Shown: positions 56,096 to 60,105 of the stretch, one piece after another
How the letters are laid out: each line of letters begins with the position of its first letter
Numbering within the stretch: position 1 is the stretch's first letter
Virus record (IMG/VR): IMGVR_UViG_3300034027_000006
Location: 1 to 60,105 of that record
DNA from: a virus
Lineage: Duplodnaviria > Caudoviricetes
Length of the DNA stretch: 60,105 nt
Strand: one strand, 5' to 3'
Notes under the pieces: model-generated
Database searches by the model: none
The model's input: only the letters and a program-made list of their open reading frames with translations
Told to the model about the DNA's origin: nothing
Translations under genes and position numbers: made by a program

Positions 56096-57562
56096 ATGCC
56101 TTATCGTGAAATCCTCGAAAGAATTGCTCGCGCCATCGCAAAAAATCACGGTTTCGACTACACCGGATCGGATATGTTGGCGATACAATCCCCGCGAGCA
56201 TACTTGTACACATCCGACGCTGAAGTCGCTTTAGAAGTAATCGATCAATACCTCGGAGAACACGAGATCGGGTTTGCAGATCTAAAGGTTCCCAGAGATA
56301 ACGTAACGCCTGTGACGCCTACTTCGGCTAGCCAATCAGATCAGGTTTTCCCAACTTGGGAGCAACTGACAGAATGGGTAGAAAAACTTTACAAATTCTG
56401 GAATTGTGACGCGAGCGATCGTTTCTTGTGTGAACAATACGAACTCGACAGAAAGGAGGCTTTAAGGGCTTACTTAAACCCAGAGGAATTAAGCGCTTTT
56501 TATGACCACTTAACTACTCGCGCCAAACACTTACACGAGACAACCTCAAGAGGTGATATCGACAAACTGACCTTATGTATTGTCAGAATGTTAAACCCTT
56601 ACCCCAACAAAATCGAGGTCAAGCTTTATTTTAACGATGAGATGATCTGCGTTGGTGGCAAATGCTGCGACCACTGGGCAACTAGCCACGGCGGACGCTA
56701 CACCCGCGAGATTAATTGCGTTATTCCGACAGGACTAAACCCGATTCTAATGTCATTAACCGAGATATTGCAGCATGGTAAAGACGCATCGATCGAAGTT
56801 TGGCAAGCGCCACAAGTCGAACCGGAAAAACCGAAAAACGCAACAAAAACAAAACCTACCGAGCAGTCAAGGATAGAGTTGTATAAAAACGGCAAATTGC
56901 TAGAGGTACAGCTTTACTTTGACTCTGGCGATATCTGCCTCGGAGTGCATGGCAAAAATTTTCTAATCAGTTATAAAGGTATGTTCGCTTACTCTTGGGC
57001 GGGTTACATCAAAACAGGCTTTAACCCGATTGGTAAGCATATCGAGGCAATTGGCGCGGACGGTACACACAAGACGCTTAGACCAGAAAAAAGACCGCAA
57101 CATACCCATTACAAATCGCTTACAAAATCCGAGCGAGAGCTACTTAATTGCTTTGTAGGACGCGAAATCGAGTTTGAGCGCTTCCGAGTCATTAAGCGAC
57201 ACTTGCTAGAGGTTGAAGGCTTTAAGGTTGGCGGGCTAATTTCTAGTCAGTCAGATTGCAAGGGCTGGTTTGTAACCGCTGGCAAGGATAAGGCCGCGCT
57301 GTTTTGGACTCCCTCGAATGGCTGGCAAATTGAGCCGAGACACAATCAAACTGAGTTAACCGGAGCGTTTGAAGGTTACGACTTAATCGAGGCTCTAGAG
57401 GCTAACAATATCGAGGTCAACGGAGTATCGGCTAATGACTGGAATAACGCCCGCGACGAGGAAGCCGAGGCCGAGGCGGTTGCCCTACAAATGAAAGAAG
57501 CCAAAAAAACCACGAAAAAACAGCCTGTGTTAGATATCCCGTGGGTTGATCTTCAGAAGTAG
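56096..57562 (+). CDS. Early multidomain protein with two copies of a LYF..IC.G..G(F/L)NP domain
   Basis: Start revised because the track GTG lies in the -10 box. Confidence 0.7.
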   Translation: MPYREILERIARAIAKNHGFDYTGSDMLAIQSPRAYLYTSDAEVALEVIDQYLGEHEIGFADLKVPRDNVTPVTPTSASQSDQVFPTWEQLTEWVEKLYKFWNCDASDRFLCEQYELDRKEALRAYLNPEELSAFYDHLTTRAKHLHETTSRGDIDKLTLCIVRMLNPYPNKIEVKLYFNDEMICVGGKCCDHWATSHGGRYTREINCVIPTGLNPILMSLTEILQHGKDASIEVWQAPQVEPEKPKNATKTKPTEQSRIELYKNGKLLEVQLYFDSGDICLGVHGKNFLISYKGMFAYSWAGYIKTGFNPIGKHIEAIGADGTHKTLRPEKRPQHTHYKSLTKSERELLNCFVGREIEFERFRVIKRHLLEVEGFKVGGLISSQSDCKGWFVTAGKDKAALFWTPSNGWQIEPRHNQTELTGAFEGYDLIEALEANNIEVNGVSANDWNNARDEEAEAEAVALQMKEAKKTTKKQPVLDIPWVDLQK

Positions 57563-57635
57563 ATAACACGCCTCAAATCGCAAAATAGCCTCGCTCGCGG
57601 GGCTATTCACAAACCTAACAACCTTACCTAAAATA

Positions 57636-57923
57636 ATGTCAAAAATTCAAGACAGGCCCGATAATCATTTGATCGCTACTATGCTCTGTATCAGCTTAGA
57701 AGCACGGCGAATCACAAATCATCTACAAGCGGTAGCCCCTGAGAATAAATCTAAGCTCAAAAGACTGCAAGGCGAGGACGCCAAAATTGGGGCTAATCCT
57801 AGGCAGTGGATCGAAACTTGGATCAAGATGACTAGAGAGCGACTAGACAAAATTGAGCAGCTAGTTAGCGAAGTTTGGCCAGACAAGCCACAGGAAGAAA
57901 ACGACGAGATAGAAGACAGTTAA
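57636..57923 (+). CDS. Hypothetical protein
   Basis: Flanked by hairpins at 57584-57607 and 57951-57973. Confidence 0.65.
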   Translation: MSKIQDRPDNHLIATMLCISLEARRITNHLQAVAPENKSKLKRLQGEDAKIGANPRQWIETWIKMTRERLDKIEQLVSEVWPDKPQEENDEIEDS

Positions 57924-58020
57924 AAAACTAACCCGTGTCAACGCTTCAGCCAGCCCCGATCGCGGGGCTGTTTCTATTGTGGCTACCATGCCAACCGCGA
58001 GAGGTAAAAAAAACTTTTTG

Positions 58021-58056
58021 ATGTTATCCTGAGAATTCAGGATAGGATGGTATACT
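58021..58056 (+). promoter_or_regulatory. Palindromic operator plus extended -10
   Basis: ATGTTATCCT-8-AGGATAGGAT-GGTATACT. Confidence 0.8.
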
Positions 58057-58088
58057 AGAATAGACGGACAAACAAAGCGAGCAAAAAA

Positions 58089-59096
58089 ATGACTAATCAA
58101 AAACCCGTAGGCTATACCCGGCAAATCTTAAAGCTTAACAGCTTGACCTCTAAAGAGCTTGATAAAGAATTGTCAGCAGCAAAAGTCAAAGGCCGTTCTA
58201 CAGCTAAAACAAAAGTCGAAAAAATCGAGCTTTTAATGGTCAATGTTTACGGCTACCCCGCTGGCTATAAAGGCATCGGATATACAGGCGACTTCGGCGA
58301 GCCAAGTTTTAACTCCCCCGAAGTTAAACCAACAATCACGCCAGAAACCGAAACAACAGCCCCGGCAAAAGTTGAGCGCGTCCGAGTCAAGCTATATTTT
58401 GACATTAACAATATTTGCCTCGGCGGTTGCTGCGATGATTGCTGGCTACCTCTTTACACGGGCGAGGAGTATGTCGCTAGTGAGTTTTTCAAGCTCACAC
58501 CCGGTTTTAATCCAGTGGGAAAAACTGTTAAAGAACTGCAACAAATTGAGCAAGACAGCAACCCATATAAAATCGCAGCAACAGCAACAGCGGTCGCGCT
58601 AGAGGCAAAATTAACAGCCGAGAAAGCAGCATATATCGCAGAAGTAGAATCGAACGGATTAGAAGCCAAAGCAGAAGCGACAAGAGCAGCCGAAATCGTA
58701 GCAACAGCCAAAGCGCAAAAGACAGCCCGAAGCGTTGCAGCTATAGAGGCTATGGGCTTAGACGTTCAAGAAGCAAACCATCTAGCCGAGGCAGCTAAAA
58801 AATACCCTGCACTGGCAAAAATCAAAATCGATTATCCTAACCTAGATATTTCTGAGCTAGAGGCAGCTTTTAACAATGATGAGATTTTAGAGATCAAACA
58901 AATTCAAAAAGGAGCTATCCCGATTTTTTTAGTGTTGCGAGTTTGGGGTAAAAATGAATGGGTAACACATCACTACAACGCAGCAAATAACGGGTTTTCG
59001 CTCGGCTGGTATTTTAAAGATCTCCAGAAGGCACAGGATAACTATAGGAAGCGCAAGCGGGGCGAATGCTCACCACTTGGCCCGGTAACAAGATAG
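58089..59096 (+). CDS. Early protein: Rho-N/HEH-like N-terminus plus a third LYF..IC.G domain
   Basis: LTSKEL...K.E.IELL; VKLYFDINNICLGGCCDDCW...GFNPVGK. Confidence 0.7.
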   Translation: MTNQKPVGYTRQILKLNSLTSKELDKELSAAKVKGRSTAKTKVEKIELLMVNVYGYPAGYKGIGYTGDFGEPSFNSPEVKPTITPETETTAPAKVERVRVKLYFDINNICLGGCCDDCWLPLYTGEEYVASEFFKLTPGFNPVGKTVKELQQIEQDSNPYKIAATATAVALEAKLTAEKAAYIAEVESNGLEAKAEATRAAEIVATAKAQKTARSVAAIEAMGLDVQEANHLAEAAKKYPALAKIKIDYPNLDISELEAAFNNDEILEIKQIQKGAIPIFLVLRVWGKNEWVTHHYNAANNGFSLGWYFKDLQKAQDNYRKRKRGECSPLGPVTR

Positions 59097-59124
59097 AAAA
59101 CCAAACAGTCAGACAAATAATATC

Positions 59125-59160
59125 ATCCTATCCTGATAACACAGGATAGGATGGTATACT
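59125..59160 (+). promoter_or_regulatory. Palindromic operator plus extended -10
   Basis: ATCCTATCCT-8-AGGATAGGAT-GGTATACT with perfect arms. Confidence 0.85.
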
Positions 59161-59198
59161 ATATTAAGCAAACAAAATCACTCACCGAGAATTACATC

Positions 59199-59867
59199 AT
59201 GACCACTGAAACCGCCTCAGCCCCTACCGCTAAATTCATCAACTGGAATAAAGCTATTCAAGTTAAAAACGGATTTTTACCCGCTGACCTCTCTGTCGCT
59301 TTAGGTTCTGAAAAGTTACAGAATATCTGGTTAAACGTCCGCAAGCGAACAATCGCCGAAGTAGCTAACGAAGTAAGAACACTCTGGATCGAGGCTGTAG
59401 CAATCGAAAAAGGTTTGGACATCACGACAGCAACTAAGCGAGTAGAGGCTTACATCGAACGCTATGATAATCCGGTTAACTGGATCTATGTAGAAGCCGA
59501 TGGATCGTGGGTTATGCCTGGTGATCCAATGTTCGCTAGCACTCCAGACACTGAAGTAGCAGCCGAAGTCGCCGAAGTAGCACCCCTGACAGAGAAAGAG
59601 ATCAAAAGCGCCAAAAAGGTTAAAAAACTAATCAAGTCAGATCCAGTAAACGAGCAAATTTTCTGGTATATCATCCAAAATCGCCCTATTCACTCGGTCG
59701 GATTTTGCAACACTGCCGGAATCGACACTAGAACAATGCAAGCAAGGGCCCGCACCATACAATCAGCAATTAAAGACTCAATCAAAAACGAGACTGTTGC
59801 GACTCATCTAATCCGCATTATGGGTATCGAGTCAAAAACCGAAGGCGGATGGCTTAAAACGCGATAA
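59199..59867 (+). CDS. Hypothetical early protein
   Basis: Start revised to ATG 59199 because the track start lies inside the promoter. Confidence 0.65.
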   Translation: MTTETASAPTAKFINWNKAIQVKNGFLPADLSVALGSEKLQNIWLNVRKRTIAEVANEVRTLWIEAVAIEKGLDITTATKRVEAYIERYDNPVNWIYVEADGSWVMPGDPMFASTPDTEVAAEVAEVAPLTEKEIKSAKKVKKLIKSDPVNEQIFWYIIQNRPIHSVGFCNTAGIDTRTMQARARTIQSAIKDSIKNETVATHLIRIMGIESKTEGGWLKTR

Positions 59868-59978
59868 ACTGACCGTAGCAGAATCAAATAGAAGCCCCGC
59901 TCTGTCCAGTGCCGGGGTTTTATTATGTAAAATTTAAAAGCATTTGTTCTAAAGTCAGGCCCACCGAGTCGTAACGGC

Positions 59979-60105
59979 GGGTTTTTTATTATGTAGAGGG
60001 AAGTGTGGGGCGGGGTGAGGATGTGGTGAGATTGGCTGGCGTTTAGTATGCGTTTAGGATGCGTTTGGGATGCGTTTAGCCAGTGCTTAGGGTGCGGTTG
60101 CTATG
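59979..60105. repeat. Right terminal inverted repeat (putative telomere arm)
   Basis: Exact reverse complement of 1-127. Confidence 0.97.

Larger units (their letters stand above)
1..60105. mobile_element. Linear phage-plasmid (contractile-tailed, protelomerase-encoding), probably cyanobacterial host
   Basis: Head and tail gene set, plasmid-type Rep, protelomerase, terminal inverted repeat, no integrase, HIP1 enrichment. Confidence 0.85.

Noticed and set aside
46710-59160. Repeated palindromes as a CRISPR array or integron attC sites
   Set aside because: Spacing is gene-sized and irregular, there are no cas or integrase genes, and the repeats abut -10 boxes.
1-60105. tRNA or rRNA genes, diversity-generating retroelement, ParA/ParB
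   Set aside because: No cloverleaf, reverse transcriptase or KGG.GK(S/T) deviant Walker A seen by eye; divergent versions cannot be excluded without searches.

Overview
The window looks like an essentially complete ~60.1 kb temperate myovirus that also replicates as a linear plasmid (an N15-like phage-plasmid). The host is probably a cyanobacterium: I counted at least 25 HIP1 octamers (GCGATCGC) by eye, and the replicase is CyRepA-like. The two ends are a perfect 127-bp inverted repeat. A 1234-aa protein carries a telomere resolvase (protelomerase) domain with recognisable catalytic motifs, fused to five N-terminal KOW/Tudor-like repeats and an NPPY-type amino-methyltransferase domain. I recognised no integrase, ParA or classical CI repressor. 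The left ~39 kb holds lysis, terminase, replicase, portal, head and P2/Mu-like contractile tail genes, with unusually scrambled orientation. The right ~21 kb holds an operon ending in a membrane-anchored FtsK/HerA-like ATPase, followed by an array of early genes, most preceded by a shared palindromic operator-promoter. The most notable observations are: (1) the protelomerase-methyltransferase fusion; (2) a large terminase whose nuclease domain appears to have lost two of three catalytic acidic residues, raising the hypothesis that protelomerase-resolved, unit-length hairpin genomes are packaged without cutting; (3) dispersed 11-bp-phased GACTT/AAGTC arrays that may act as a centromere or translocase-loading signal in a ParA-less replicon; (4) a counter-transcribed antisense RNA in the rep leader; (5) a hidden -1 frameshift extension in a non-structural gene. 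All protein family calls are motif recognition by eye, not database results.
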